Below are positions 10,932 through 20,426 of a stretch of DNA of 64,000 nt, one piece after another (the stretch's first letter is position 1; the number at the start of each line of letters is the position of its first letter). The translations under genes were made by a program, and so were the position numbers. The stretch covers positions 672,001-736,000 of the forward strand of contig CAVSGO010000005.1 of the NCBI GenBank assembly GCA_963727525.1, read 5' to 3'. Below the pieces are notes generated by a model. That model was not told the origin of the DNA. It ran no database searches and worked only from the letters and a program-made list of their open reading frames with translations. Source of the DNA: an uncultured bacterium (lineage in GTDB: Bacteria > Krumholzibacteriota > Krumholzibacteriia > LZORAL124-64-63).

Positions 10932-11150
10932 CTACTTCTTGCCGCCGTAATTGACCCCTTCGTACCGCTTGCGGAAACGCTCCACGCGTCCGGCGGTGTC
11001 GACGATCTTCTGCTGCCCCGTGAAGAACGGATGGCAGTTCGAGCAGATCTCGACGTTGATCTTGGGCCGGGTCGAGCGCGTCTTGATCACGTTGCCGCAC
11101 AGGCAGGTGATCTCGCATTCCACGTACTTGGGGTGAATGTCCTTCTTCAT
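10932..11150 (-). CDS. rpmE: 50S ribosomal protein L31 (zinc-binding type)
   Basis: [35 protein letters not shown]. Confidence 0.97.
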   Translation of the reverse strand: MKKDIHPKYVECEITCLCGNVIKTRSTRPKINVEICSNCHPFFTGQQKIVDTAGRVERFRKRYEGVNYGGKK

Positions 11151-11250
11151 CGTTCACGGCCCCTCTTGGCCAAAAAGCTCGGTTGAGGACTGGGCCACAA
11201 AGAAATATAGCACATTTGCAAGAGCAAGGGATTTTTTTGCTCCTGACTCT

Positions 11251-12498
11251 TCAAGTGTTCATGGCCGCCAGGAACTGCTTGTTATCCTTGGTCTTACCAA
11301 GCTTGTCGATCAAGAACTCCATGGCTTCGATCGGGTTGTAGTCGCTCAGGTACTTCCTCAAGACCCAGATCTTGTTGAGGTTCTTCGCGTCGATCAACAG
11401 GTCTTCCTTGCGAGTGCCCGACTTGAAGATGTCCACGGCAGGGTAAACGCGGCGGTCGGCGATCTTCCGATCCAGGACCAGTTCCATGTTGCCCGTACCC
11501 TTGAACTCCTCGAAAATCACCTCGTCCATGCGGCTGCCGGTCTCGATGAGGGCCGTGGCGATGATCGTGAGCGAGCCGCCTTCCTCGATGTTGCGCGCCG
11601 CGCCGAAGAAGCGTTTTGGCTTTTGGAGCGCGTTGGAATCGACTCCGCCGGAGAGGATCTTGCCCGAGTGGGGCACCACGGCGTTGTGGGCGCGGGCCAG
11701 GCGGGTGATCGAGTCGAGCAGGATGACCACATCCTTGCCGCTCTCCACCAGGCGCCGGCTCTTGGCCAGCACCATGTTGGCCACCTGCACGTGCCGCTCG
11801 GCGGGCTCGTCGAAGGTGGAGCTGATGACCTCGCCCTTCACCGAGCGGGCCATGTCCGTGACTTCCTCGGGCCGCTCGTCGATGAGCAGCACGATGAGGT
11901 GGACCTCCGGGTGGTTGGTCGAGACGGCGTTGGCGATCTTCTGGAGGATGATCGTCTTGCCGGCCCGCGGCGGCGACACGATGAGTCCGCGCTGGCCCTT
12001 GCCGATGGGTGCCAGCAGGTTGATGAGGCGCGTGGTGAGGTCGGCGCTCTTGTGCTCGAGATCGATCTGTTCCTGCGGATACAACGGCGTGAGGTTGTCG
12101 AAGAGGGTGACCTTTTTCGCATCCTCGGGATCCATGTAGTTGACCGACTCAACCTTGAGCAGCGCGAAGTACCGTTCGTTCTCCTTGGGCGGCCGCACCT
12201 GTCCGCTGATCGTGTCGCCCGTCTTGAGGTCGAATTTCTTGATCTGCGACGGCGAGAGATAGATATCATCGGGGCCCGGCAGGTAGTTGTACTTGGCGCT
12301 GCGGAGAAAACCATAGCCTTCGGCCAGGACCTGCAACACACCCTCGGCGTAGATGAAGCCGTTCTTCTCCGTCTGTCCCTCGAGAATCTTGAAGATCAGC
12401 TCGCTCTTGCGCAGGGTGCTCACGCCCTCGATGCTCATGCCGCGAGCCACCTCCACCAGCTCGTGGATGTTCATCTCTTGCAAGTCCTTGATATCCAT
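11251..12498 (-). CDS. rho: Transcription termination factor Rho
   Basis: [58 protein letters not shown]. Confidence 0.98.
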   Translation of the reverse strand: MDIKDLQEMNIHELVEVARGMSIEGVSTLRKSELIFKILEGQTEKNGFIYAEGVLQVLAEGYGFLRSAKYNYLPGPDDIYLSPSQIKKFDLKTGDTISGQVRPPKENERYFALLKVESVNYMDPEDAKKVTLFDNLTPLYPQEQIDLEHKSADLTTRLINLLAPIGKGQRGLIVSPPRAGKTIILQKIANAVSTNHPEVHLIVLLIDERPEEVTDMARSVKGEVISSTFDEPAERHVQVANMVLAKSRRLVESGKDVVILLDSITRLARAHNAVVPHSGKILSGGVDSNALQKPKRFFGAARNIEEGGSLTIIATALIETGSRMDEVIFEEFKGTGNMELVLDRKIADRRVYPAVDIFKSGTRKEDLLIDAKNLNKIWVLRKYLSDYNPIEAMEFLIDKLGKTKDNKQFLAAMNT

Positions 12499-12732
12499 CG
12501 ATGCTCCTAGGGTTACCGGGATCTGTGATGATCCGCAAACGTCAGCGCCGGAGCCTGACCGCGAGGACGGCAGCGGCGAAAAGGACGACGAGTTGATTGT
12601 AGCTGGGTTGTCGTGCAGTAATCGCGAGTTTCGGTCAGGCCCGCATACCTGAGATATCGGGCGCTCGGCCCGAGCGAATGCAAGGCTCGTACCAGTCCGA
12701 TCCGGTGCCGTCGCCGGTCACCGGCGCGAAGC

Positions 12733-13936
12733 CTACGAACCGCCAGTCAACTCTCTGTACGTGCTCAAGTTCTGCTCCGCGGCCGCCTGGTCGCCCAGAG
12801 CGACCTGGCACAGAGCCAGGAACTGGAATCCTTGGGCATTGGTAAAATCGAGGCTTGTCAGGGCATTGCCGACCTGGACACCACGTGTGAACTGATCACG
12901 CGCCTGATCCATCAGATTCTGCTTCTCGACGGGGTCGGTGGTGTCCGCGGACTGTTCCTGAAGCTTCTTACCATAGAAATAGTAGGTTTGCAATCGCGCC
13001 AGCAACACCTTCGTGTCCGACGGATTGGCCTCACTTGCGCTGTTGAGCGCCGCGATGGCTTTCTCGAAGTCCTGTGCCTGGGTATACCAGTTTCCGGCGT
13101 CGGCGTAGAGTGCCCCGATCTTCACGTCATTGTCGGCTTCGTCGTCGTTCTCGTAGATCTTCGCGATCTTCACGTTGAGATCAGCAGCCCACTCCAGCTT
13201 CTGCTGCTGCAGGGCGAAACTGACGACATCGGTCAGCAGGTTCGCATCGTCGCCATGAGTCCTTCAGCAGGTCGGTGTAGATCGACTCCGCCTCGTCGAG
13301 CCTGCCCAGATATGTCAATACGTAAGCCTTGTCCTGCAGGAGCGGATACTCGTCCGGCCGGGTTTCGAGCACCTGGTTGAGCAGGTCGAGCGCGTCGGTC
13401 ATGAGCACCTTGGCAGAGTCGGGCGGCGCCTTGCTCGCCATCGCCATCTTCATGTTGGCGATGTTCTGGATCGGCGTCGCCGAGTCCGGCAGCGCGGCAA
13501 AGGCGAGGCGGTAGAAGCCCTCCGCCTGCTCGTAGTTCTCGCCGCGCCACATGAGGTCGCCGTCGCGTTTGCGGTTCTCGTAGTTGATCTGCAGCGACTC
13601 GTTGACCTGCTCGGTCATGTCTTTCGGGTCCATCTCCTCGGCCGTCTTGTACTTGAGGTATGCGCTCTCGTAGCTGTGCTTGGCCTTGAGATACTCGTTG
13701 TTCTGGATCGCCTTCTCCGCCATGCGGCTGTAGGCCTCGCCCTGCCAGTAGTAGGCCTCGGGATCGTTGGGCGTGTACTGCAAACCCTCGTCGATCACGT
13801 CGATCGCCTTCTGGTAGTTCTGATCGTCGATGTACAGGATCGCGCTGGTGGTGTGGGCCGAGCGGCACCCGGCAAGGCCGATGAGCAAGAGCGACGCGGC
13901 CAGGAGCGTCATCGCGATCAGACGGACCTTCGTCAT
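12733..13936 (-). CDS. TPR-repeat lipoprotein (one frameshift near 13255 joins ORFs 13181-13936 and 12733-13173)
   Basis: Lipobox LAGC; TPR-like helices (YQKAIDVIDEGL..PNDPEAYYWQGEAY); the second frame continues as THGDDANLLTDVVSFALQQQKLEWAADLNVKIAKIY. Confidence 0.75.
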
Positions 13937-14071
13937 CAGAAACTCCCCTTCGGGATCACCCGGACAAGGTAAGAACGCAGAGCAGATGATCCTGGACTGG
14001 GTGGGGATTCGTTGTCGACACCCCGCGAAGGCTGGTTCGACCGGGGCACGAGCACCCCCGCAAACTGTGAG

Positions 14072-14102
14072 AATATAAAGGCCCTGGCGCCCCTGCTGTC
14101 AA
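14072..14102 (-). promoter_or_regulatory. Possible sigma70 promoter for the TPR lipoprotein gene
   Basis: TTGACA (14102-14097), 19-nt spacer, TATATT (14077-14072); spacer is long. Confidence 0.4.
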
Positions 14103-14117
14103 GATCCGAGACCATCG

Positions 14118-14697
14118 TCAGGGGGCGCGCCGGCCATGGTGAGGCGCGTGCTCGCCTCGGGGGTGCCCCGGCGGGCCGCCCTCGCCGCCTCCGGGTACGC
14201 CCCACGGCATGAGCCGCTGGTAGCGCTCGCGCTGCTCTGGCGTGAGCACCTGGACCTCCCGCATCATGGTCTCCACCACCACCGAATCGAGTCCCGCCTG
14301 CAGGGCGCTAAGGCGCCTCTGCCCCGCCATCACGGCATCGTGGTCGATCGTACCCGGCCATGTACGCGTCGCGCAACGCTCGTCGCTGCTGCGTGATGGA
14401 AGTACGGCGCGACACGAACGCATCGGCCGCCTTGCTGTGGATCTCGGCGAAGGCCTCCTGCTGCGCAGGCGTGAGATCGAGATCCCGCGTCAAGCGCGCG
14501 AGCCGCCGGTGGGCCATCTGCCGCGGGTCGGGGCCTACCTCGCCGGATTCGCCCCCCTCGGGCCCCGGGCCGGGCGGAACGAATCCCGGTTCCATGGCAG
14601 GGGGCGCCGGAGCCGCGCCGCGATGGGCGACCCGCCAGGCGAGCCCGAGATTCAGGCCCAGGGAGAGCAGGAGGACGACCAGCAAGCCGCGTTTCAC
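14118..14697 (-). CDS. Periplasmic heavy-metal sensor / Spy-CpxP-like protein (frameshift near 14350)
   Basis: LLLSLGLNLGL anchor; LDLTPAQQ and VLTPEQRERY LTxxQ motifs split over two frames. Confidence 0.75.
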
Positions 14698-15143
14698 GAA
14701 CCCACCTCCGTGGTGCCGGTCGCCGTGCCGGCGGACCACCAGATCTCATCGAGGGGCGTGACATCCTGCAGGTAGGCATCATTGTCGCTGGACATGGTCG
14801 CCACCGCATTCGTCGCGCGGGGATTGCCTTGCTCCAGCACGCGGTCGAGCTGGAGGCCGAGCAGCAGTCCGGCCACGACGGCCGCCGTCGCCAGGCCGGC
14901 GCGCATCCAGACGAACCGCGCCCGCGGACGCCGCGTGGCGAGACGCGCGGACACCTCAGGCCAGAGCGGGCGCTTTAGCAGGGGCGCGGCACCGGCCGCC
15001 AGCGCAGCCCAGGTCCGCTCCAGCGCGGCAAGCTCGTCGCGGCATGCCTGGCACGCCTGGAGATGATCGTGCACCCTACGCGCCTGGGCGGGGGCCAGTT
15101 CCCCATCGAGATACGCTTGCAGACGGGACGTCTCGTGTGTCAT
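14694..15143 (-). CDS. Zinc-finger (zf-HC2/ZAS) anti-sigma factor with a TM helix
   Basis: LQAYLDGEL...HLQACQAC (HxxxCxxC) then a hydrophobic helix; start overlaps the ECF sigma stop. Confidence 0.9.
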   Translation of the reverse strand: MTHETSRLQAYLDGELAPAQARRVHDHLQACQACRDELAALERTWAALAAGAAPLLKRPLWPEVSARLATRRPRARFVWMRAGLATAAVVAGLLLGLQLDRVLEQGNPRATNAVATMSSDNDAYLQDVTPLDEIWWSAGTATGTTEVGS

Positions 15144-15715
15144 GCCTCATTCCTTCCGCCGGCCACGACCAGCGAGCCGAGGTCGTGGCGCAGACTCGCC
15201 GATGCCCGCTGCAGAAGCGATTCCACAGCCGGCACCGTGGTCGCGAGAGCGTCGGCGATCTCCTGGTAGCTCATCTCCTGATACCGACGCATGACCACCG
15301 CCTCGCGCTGACGTTCGGGGAGTCTCGCGATCGCCTCCTGGACGCGGGCTATCGTCTCGGCGCGCTCCAGGCTCTGCAGCGGATCGTCGTCCCGGCCGGC
15401 TCGGTCGTGCCGCACCGGGTCGAAGCTGATCCAGCCAATGATCTTGCGTCGCCGCAAGGCACTGCGCGCCCGGTTGCCCGCGATGCGCATGAGCCAGCTC
15501 CGAAACTTGCCGTGCCCCTCGTAGCGCCTCGCTTGCTCGTGCACCTTCACGAACACGTCCTGCGCGAGATCCTCGGCCTCCTCGGGCGACCGCAGCATGT
15601 GGACGAGGAACGCGTACACCGGTTGCTGCCAGCGCTGGACGAGGACGCGCAGCGCGTCCTCGTCCCCCATGGCGATCCGTTGCATCAGGGCATCGTCGTC
15701 CACGCACAAAACCAC
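15140..15715 (-). CDS. ECF RNA polymerase sigma-70 factor
   Basis: EAEDLAQDVF, FRSWLMRIAGN, LPERQREAVVMR, MSYQEIA..TVPAVESLLQRA. Confidence 0.95.
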   Translation of the reverse strand: MVLCVDDDALMQRIAMGDEDALRVLVQRWQQPVYAFLVHMLRSPEEAEDLAQDVFVKVHEQARRYEGHGKFRSWLMRIAGNRARSALRRRKIIGWISFDPVRHDRAGRDDDPLQSLERAETIARVQEAIARLPERQREAVVMRRYQEMSYQEIADALATTVPAVESLLQRASASLRHDLGSLVVAGGRNEA

Positions 15716-15721
15716 TCCGGA

Positions 15722-16285
15722 CTAGCTGTCCCGCTTGTCCTTGCCCATCCGCGGCGCGCGGCCGGCGCGGGCGCAGTGCCCACCACGACGTCCATGCCCC
15801 GGACCATCACCGCGCATCAGCAGCATCTGGTCGCGCTGCTCGGGCGTCAACTGCTTGCGGATCGCCAGCTGCGCCTTGACGCGGTTGGTCTGGATATCCG
15901 TGCGCACCTGCCCGATCTTCGCCACCAGCTTGGTCACGGCGTCGTCGTTCGGGTTGTCCTTGAGCATCTCGCCACGCAGGTCGTTCTCGAGCTGCATGAT
16001 CTGCTTGCGCAGCGGCAGATTCTTCTCCTGGGCGTCGTTGCGGATGCCCTCGATCGCCGACTTCTGGTCGTCGCCCAGGTCGAGGCGCCCGACCATGCGG
16101 TCCCAGCCCGCGCCGGGTCCGCCCTGACCACCGCGCATCCCGGGGCCGTCGGGCATCGAGCAGGTGGCGGGGCAAGGGAGCGCCCCCGCGCCCGGGCCCG
16201 GCTGGGCCCAGGCGGTAGCGCCGGCGCCGGCGACCAGCATGGCGCCGAGCATGATCAGGGGCAGCGAATGCTTCGTATTTCTCAT
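15722..16285 (-). CDS. Spy/CpxP/ZraP-family periplasmic chaperone-like protein
   Basis: Signal peptide, Gly/Met-rich N-terminal segment, LDLGDDQK and LTPEQR motifs. Confidence 0.85.
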   Translation of the reverse strand: MRNTKHSLPLIMLGAMLVAGAGATAWAQPGPGAGALPCPATCSMPDGPGMRGGQGGPGAGWDRMVGRLDLGDDQKSAIEGIRNDAQEKNLPLRKQIMQLENDLRGEMLKDNPNDDAVTKLVAKIGQVRTDIQTNRVKAQLAIRKQLTPEQRDQMLLMRGDGPGHGRRGGHCARAGRAPRMGKDKRDS

Positions 16286-16439
16286 GGCGGGTTCTCCTCG
16301 GTTCGTTCCGGTCATCGTACGTGAAGATCTCTGCGGTTCGCGCGTTCCACTAGGTACTCCACCCAACCCTTGCCCGCGGGAATACCAGCGCACGAATATC
16401 GGGTCGAACATGAGTGGAATCTGCGGGAACTATCCGGGC

Positions 16440-18437
16440 CTATCTGGACCGGATCAGCCGCTCGAGATTCGCCCGCAGATTCGGGTCGTCGGGCCAGCGC
16501 CGCAGGCCCTCGCGCAGCGTGTCGACGGCGGCCTCCGGCTGCCCGCTGCCAGCCAGAGCGACGCCCAGATCCAGCGCCGCACGCGGATCGTCCGGCACCT
16601 CGGCCTGGAACTGCCGCGCGGCCGCGACAGCCTCGCTCCAGCGGCCCGTGCGCCCCATCAGCACCACGCGATTGTGCAGCATATCCGCATCGCCCGGATC
16701 GTCGCGAAGGTACACCGCGATCTGGGCCTCCGCGTCGCCGAGGCGCCGCTCGGCGAGCAGGAGTTCGACGAGCTGGCGCTGGAGCGGTAGCGGGGCGTCC
16801 ACCCGGCGCACGCCCTCGGCGAGGGCGGCCACGGCTGCGTCGATGTCGCCCTTTTCGGCGAGCGCCCGACCGAGTCCGGCGTAGGGGCCATCGTCACGCG
16901 GCTCGGCCGCGGCGGCCTCGCGGTACAGCGCGACCGCCCGCGCGAGCGCCGGCTCGCGCCCGGCGGGTGCAGTCGGTGCCCAGCGCTCCCAGCGCTGCGC
17001 CTCATTCGACCACGATCGCACGCGCCACCGTTGTTGCGCATCACCCAGACCCCACGGCCAGACCGCGACGAGCAGCGCGACGACCCCGGTTCCCGGTCCC
17101 AGAAGGACGCGCCAGCGCCGCTGCGCCAGGGCTGGCGCGAGGCTCCGCGCGCCGAGTCCCGCCAGCACGGCCAGGGCCGGCACGAGAACGAGCCGGTACC
17201 GCGATACCACGAAGACGAGGCTTTGCGTCGCGATCAACAGGACCAACGCGCCGGCCCAGAGTGCGGCCACGGCGTGGTCGGACGCCGTGTCGGGAGCAAC
17301 CGGCACCGTGCGCCGCCAGGCCAGCCAGCCGCCGACCAGTCCGAGGGCGACGAGCAGTCCGTACGGCACCACCAGCGCGCGCAACACCGGCACCTCGCGA
17401 GGCCAGGCCGCGAGGGGTGTGACCTGCGCAATCTCCCAACCCTGCAGATGAAGCCAGACCCTGCGAAACCACAGGACGACGAAATGACCCGGGCGCGCGG
17501 CCACGGATCGCCCGACCTGGTCCAGCCACAGCCTGTCAGCCTCGGCGGCGTCGGGGACCGCGTGTCCGGTACGGGCCGCGAGGAACTCGCGGCCCGCGGG
17601 GTCGTGCTCGAGGTCGAGCCCGCGGGGCGTGGTGAAGAGCCCCCGCGCCTGCGGCCCGTTGCCGAGGAAGAGATTCACGCCGCCGTTGAGCACGGGTGGC
17701 GTGAGCCGGCCGCTGAGCCGGGAGTTGTGCCAGACCGCCGGGATCAACGGCACGAGGCAGCCGAGCACGAGGGCCGCGCAGAGCGCCGCACGCCGGCTGC
17801 GGCTCGCGCGCCAGATCACGACGAGCCCGGGCACCAGCAGCACGATCACGTGGGCCCGCAGTAGCACGGCCAGCCCGAGCACCACCCCCGTGCCCACCGC
17901 GGCGAGGACGGGGCGCATCGGCACGCGAGCGAGCCAGCGGGTGACCAGCGCCAGGTAGGCCGTGACCGCGAGCGTGAGGGGGATCTCCAGCAGGATTGTG
18001 CGGGCGAAGATGGCGGCCGGCCGGTAGAACCAGAATAGCAGCGCCGCCAACGCGGCGATCGCCAGGGTTGGCCGATCCGGCGTGCCGGCATCGCGGCCCC
18101 GCACGACCCCGGCGATGATCCCACCGATGGTAACCCACGCGAGCGCCTGGAAGACCAGCAGCGCCCACGGCTGCCGACCGGCGAGCACGCCATCCGCGAG
18201 GGCACGGCCCCCGCTCAGCACCGCCACGAGCGCGGTGTAGAGTGGGGACATGATGAACGCGCGCGAGCCGTAGTCGCCGGCGGCGAGATGCCGGGCGTCG
18301 CGCAGGTACCAGGCCTCATCGAGAACCGGGACGCGGGTCAGCACCGAATCGACAGTCTCGTGCCAGTAGACGCCCCAGAACACCACCACCACGAGGGCGC
18401 CGATCGCGACGAGCAGAATCCGTCGCCGTCTCGTCAT
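16440..18437 (-). CDS. GT-C-type (GT39/PMT-like) membrane glycosyltransferase with C-terminal TPR repeats
   Basis: N-terminal TM then LDEAWY acidic motif, many TM helices, GGVNLFLGN, SRYR, C-terminal TPRs. Confidence 0.7.
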   Translation of the reverse strand: MTRRRRILLVAIGALVVVVFWGVYWHETVDSVLTRVPVLDEAWYLRDARHLAAGDYGSRAFIMSPLYTALVAVLSGGRALADGVLAGRQPWALLVFQALAWVTIGGIIAGVVRGRDAGTPDRPTLAIAALAALLFWFYRPAAIFARTILLEIPLTLAVTAYLALVTRWLARVPMRPVLAAVGTGVVLGLAVLLRAHVIVLLVPGLVVIWRASRSRRAALCAALVLGCLVPLIPAVWHNSRLSGRLTPPVLNGGVNLFLGNGPQARGLFTTPRGLDLEHDPAGREFLAARTGHAVPDAAEADRLWLDQVGRSVAARPGHFVVLWFRRVWLHLQGWEIAQVTPLAAWPREVPVLRALVVPYGLLVALGLVGGWLAWRRTVPVAPDTASDHAVAALWAGALVLLIATQSLVFVVSRYRLVLVPALAVLAGLGARSLAPALAQRRWRVLLGPGTGVVALLVAVWPWGLGDAQQRWRVRSWSNEAQRWERWAPTAPAGREPALARAVALYREAAAAEPRDDGPYAGLGRALAEKGDIDAAVAALAEGVRRVDAPLPLQRQLVELLLAERRLGDAEAQIAVYLRDDPGDADMLHNRVVLMGRTGRWSEAVAAARQFQAEVPDDPRAALDLGVALAGSGQPEAAVDTLREGLRRWPDDPNLRANLERLIRSR

Positions 18438-18472
18438 TCCCCACCGTCTCACCCTCGGTGCGTTCGGGTCGG

Positions 18473-19528
18473 TCACACGCTGAACCGGATCTCCAGGATA
18501 TCGCCGTCCTGGACGACGTAGCCCTTGCCCTCGAGGCGCACCTTGTGGACGGCCTTCGCGGCGGCGTGGCTGCCCGCGGCCACGAGATCGTCGTAGGCGC
18601 AAACCTCGGCGCGGATGAAGCCACGCTCGAGGTCGGAATGGATGACACCGGCCGCGGTGGGCGCCAGAGCGCCGCGGCGCACGGTCCACGCGCGGCACTC
18701 GTCGGGTCCTACCGTGAAGAAGCTCTGCAGATCGAGCGCACCGTAGGCCGCCCGGATCATGCGGTGCGACGCCGGCTCCGTGACGCCGAGAGCCTCGAGG
18801 AACTCGCCGGCCTCCTCGGGCGTCAGCGCCGCCAGTTCCTCCTCCACGCCGGCACATAGCGGTACGACTTCGGCGCCCGCGGCGCGCGCCGCGGCCTGCA
18901 CCGTGTCGTCCGGCGCCTCGCCCTCGGCGTGGTTGAGTACGACGATGAGCGGCTTGAGCGTGAGGAACGAGTAGCCGGAGATGATACGGGCGTCGTCGGC
19001 GCTGAATGTCAGCTCGCGCAGGGGGCGCTCCGACTCGAGCTGCGTGCGCAGCCTTTCGAAGAGTTCGGGCTCGACCGGACTCGCAGCCTTGCCCTTGATC
19101 TGCTTCTCCCGCACGAGCCGTTGCAGCCGGTTCTCCACGATCTGCAGGTCGGCGAGGATCAGTTCCAGCGCGAGGGTCGTGAGCTCGCCCGCCGGGTCGG
19201 CATCGCCGTAGCCACTGTCGAAGCAGCGTACGACCTGGGCCAGCGCGTCCACCTTGCGCGCGTGCTCAAGGAACCGCGTGGCCTCACGGCCCCCGTCCGC
19301 ACTCTGGCCGGGACTGAAACCGGGCACGTCCACCCATTCCACCTGCGCGTGGATCGTGCGCTTCGGATTGTACATGGCGGCCAGGGTGTCGAGGCGCGGG
19401 TCGGGCACCTTGCCCACGGCGCGGTGAGGGTCGACGCCGCCCTGACCCGTGGCGACCGAGGCTCCGGTGATGACGTTGAACAGCGTGGTCTTGCCCGTGA
19501 ACTTCAGACCGACGATCCCGACTTCCAA
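18473..19528 (-). CDS. ychF: YchF/OLA1-family P-loop ATPase (divergent)
   Basis: GIVGLKFTGKTTLFN, VPDPRL, FLTLKP, SFFTVGPDECRAW, AGVIHSDLERGFIRAEV, RLEGKGYVVQDGD; TTG start after GAGGAGGAG. Confidence 0.9.
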   Translation of the reverse strand: MEVGIVGLKFTGKTTLFNVITGASVATGQGGVDPHRAVGKVPDPRLDTLAAMYNPKRTIHAQVEWVDVPGFSPGQSADGGREATRFLEHARKVDALAQVVRCFDSGYGDADPAGELTTLALELILADLQIVENRLQRLVREKQIKGKAASPVEPELFERLRTQLESERPLRELTFSADDARIISGYSFLTLKPLIVVLNHAEGEAPDDTVQAAARAAGAEVVPLCAGVEEELAALTPEEAGEFLEALGVTEPASHRMIRAAYGALDLQSFFTVGPDECRAWTVRRGALAPTAAGVIHSDLERGFIRAEVCAYDDLVAAGSHAAAKAVHKVRLEGKGYVVQDGDILEIRFSV

Positions 19529-19607
19529 GTCTGGCTCCTCCTCGTTGCCGATGCGGCAGGTCTCTCGCTCATGCGGGCCCAACCATCGGCTACCAGGTCG
19601 GCCGTCG

Positions 19608-20039
19608 TCAAGGCTGCGGCGGAGGAAGCTCGCGATCGTAAAAAGCCGACCAGTCCGACCACGGGCCCTGGCGGCCCTGACCGTCGACGGCCATGACCCG
19701 AGCCCGGTAGCGGTGCATGTACTCGACGCCCGGGAATTCGTAGGTCTGGATCGAACCGGGAACGGCCTGAACCGGCGTGATCTCGTCGTACGTCCCGTCG
19801 ATGTCCTGGATCTGGACGTTGTACGAGACGGGAGTCGATCCCGAGCTCGGGAGCCCCCAGTGCAGCGTCACGGGTCCGGCATCCTGAGCGCTGGCGGACG
19901 CAACGAACGAGAGTCCGGAAGCGACCACGAGTCCCGCCGCGACCATGAGTCGCGCGATGCCCACGAGTTTCTCGGCGAACTCGACTGCGCCGAAACGGAC
20001 GCCGCCGGCACGTGTGCTTGTGGTGGTGTCGATAGTCAT
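19608..20039 (-). CDS. Small exported single fibronectin type III domain protein
   Basis: Hydrophobic signal segment ending ASA; VTLHW..P...SYNVQ...YRARVMAVD..GRQGPWS FN3 pattern. Confidence 0.7.
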   Translation of the reverse strand: MTIDTTTSTRAGGVRFGAVEFAEKLVGIARLMVAAGLVVASGLSFVASASAQDAGPVTLHWGLPSSGSTPVSYNVQIQDIDGTYDEITPVQAVPGSIQTYEFPGVEYMHRYRARVMAVDGQGRQGPWSDWSAFYDRELPPPQP

Positions 20040-20426
20040 GTCTACGTGAATCCTCTATGGCCAAAGGTGACATGCGGCGGGACCGACACGTGTCCTGGAT
20101 TTGAATCTACCCTCCATGACTCCCGAATGCAAATGAGACGATCGGGGGGCCGCGAAGAACGGAGGGAACAATTTTTTCGCCTATTTTATGTCATATTATA
20201 ATATTATTTATTACATAATGGCGCCCACGTATCATCTCTAAAAATAAGTCGTTCCCGCACAGCCACTTGGACAGCCGCTGATGGCTCCAGTTCATGAAAT
20301 CGAATAATTCCTGCAATCTTATTGGACTTGCTAGCGGGAAACCCGTATCTCTTTCCTTTGAAGTTTTCTGCATGCCCTCACCGGGTACGGTGAGAACTCC
20401 CGACGGTCTACGAGGAGTCAATAGAT

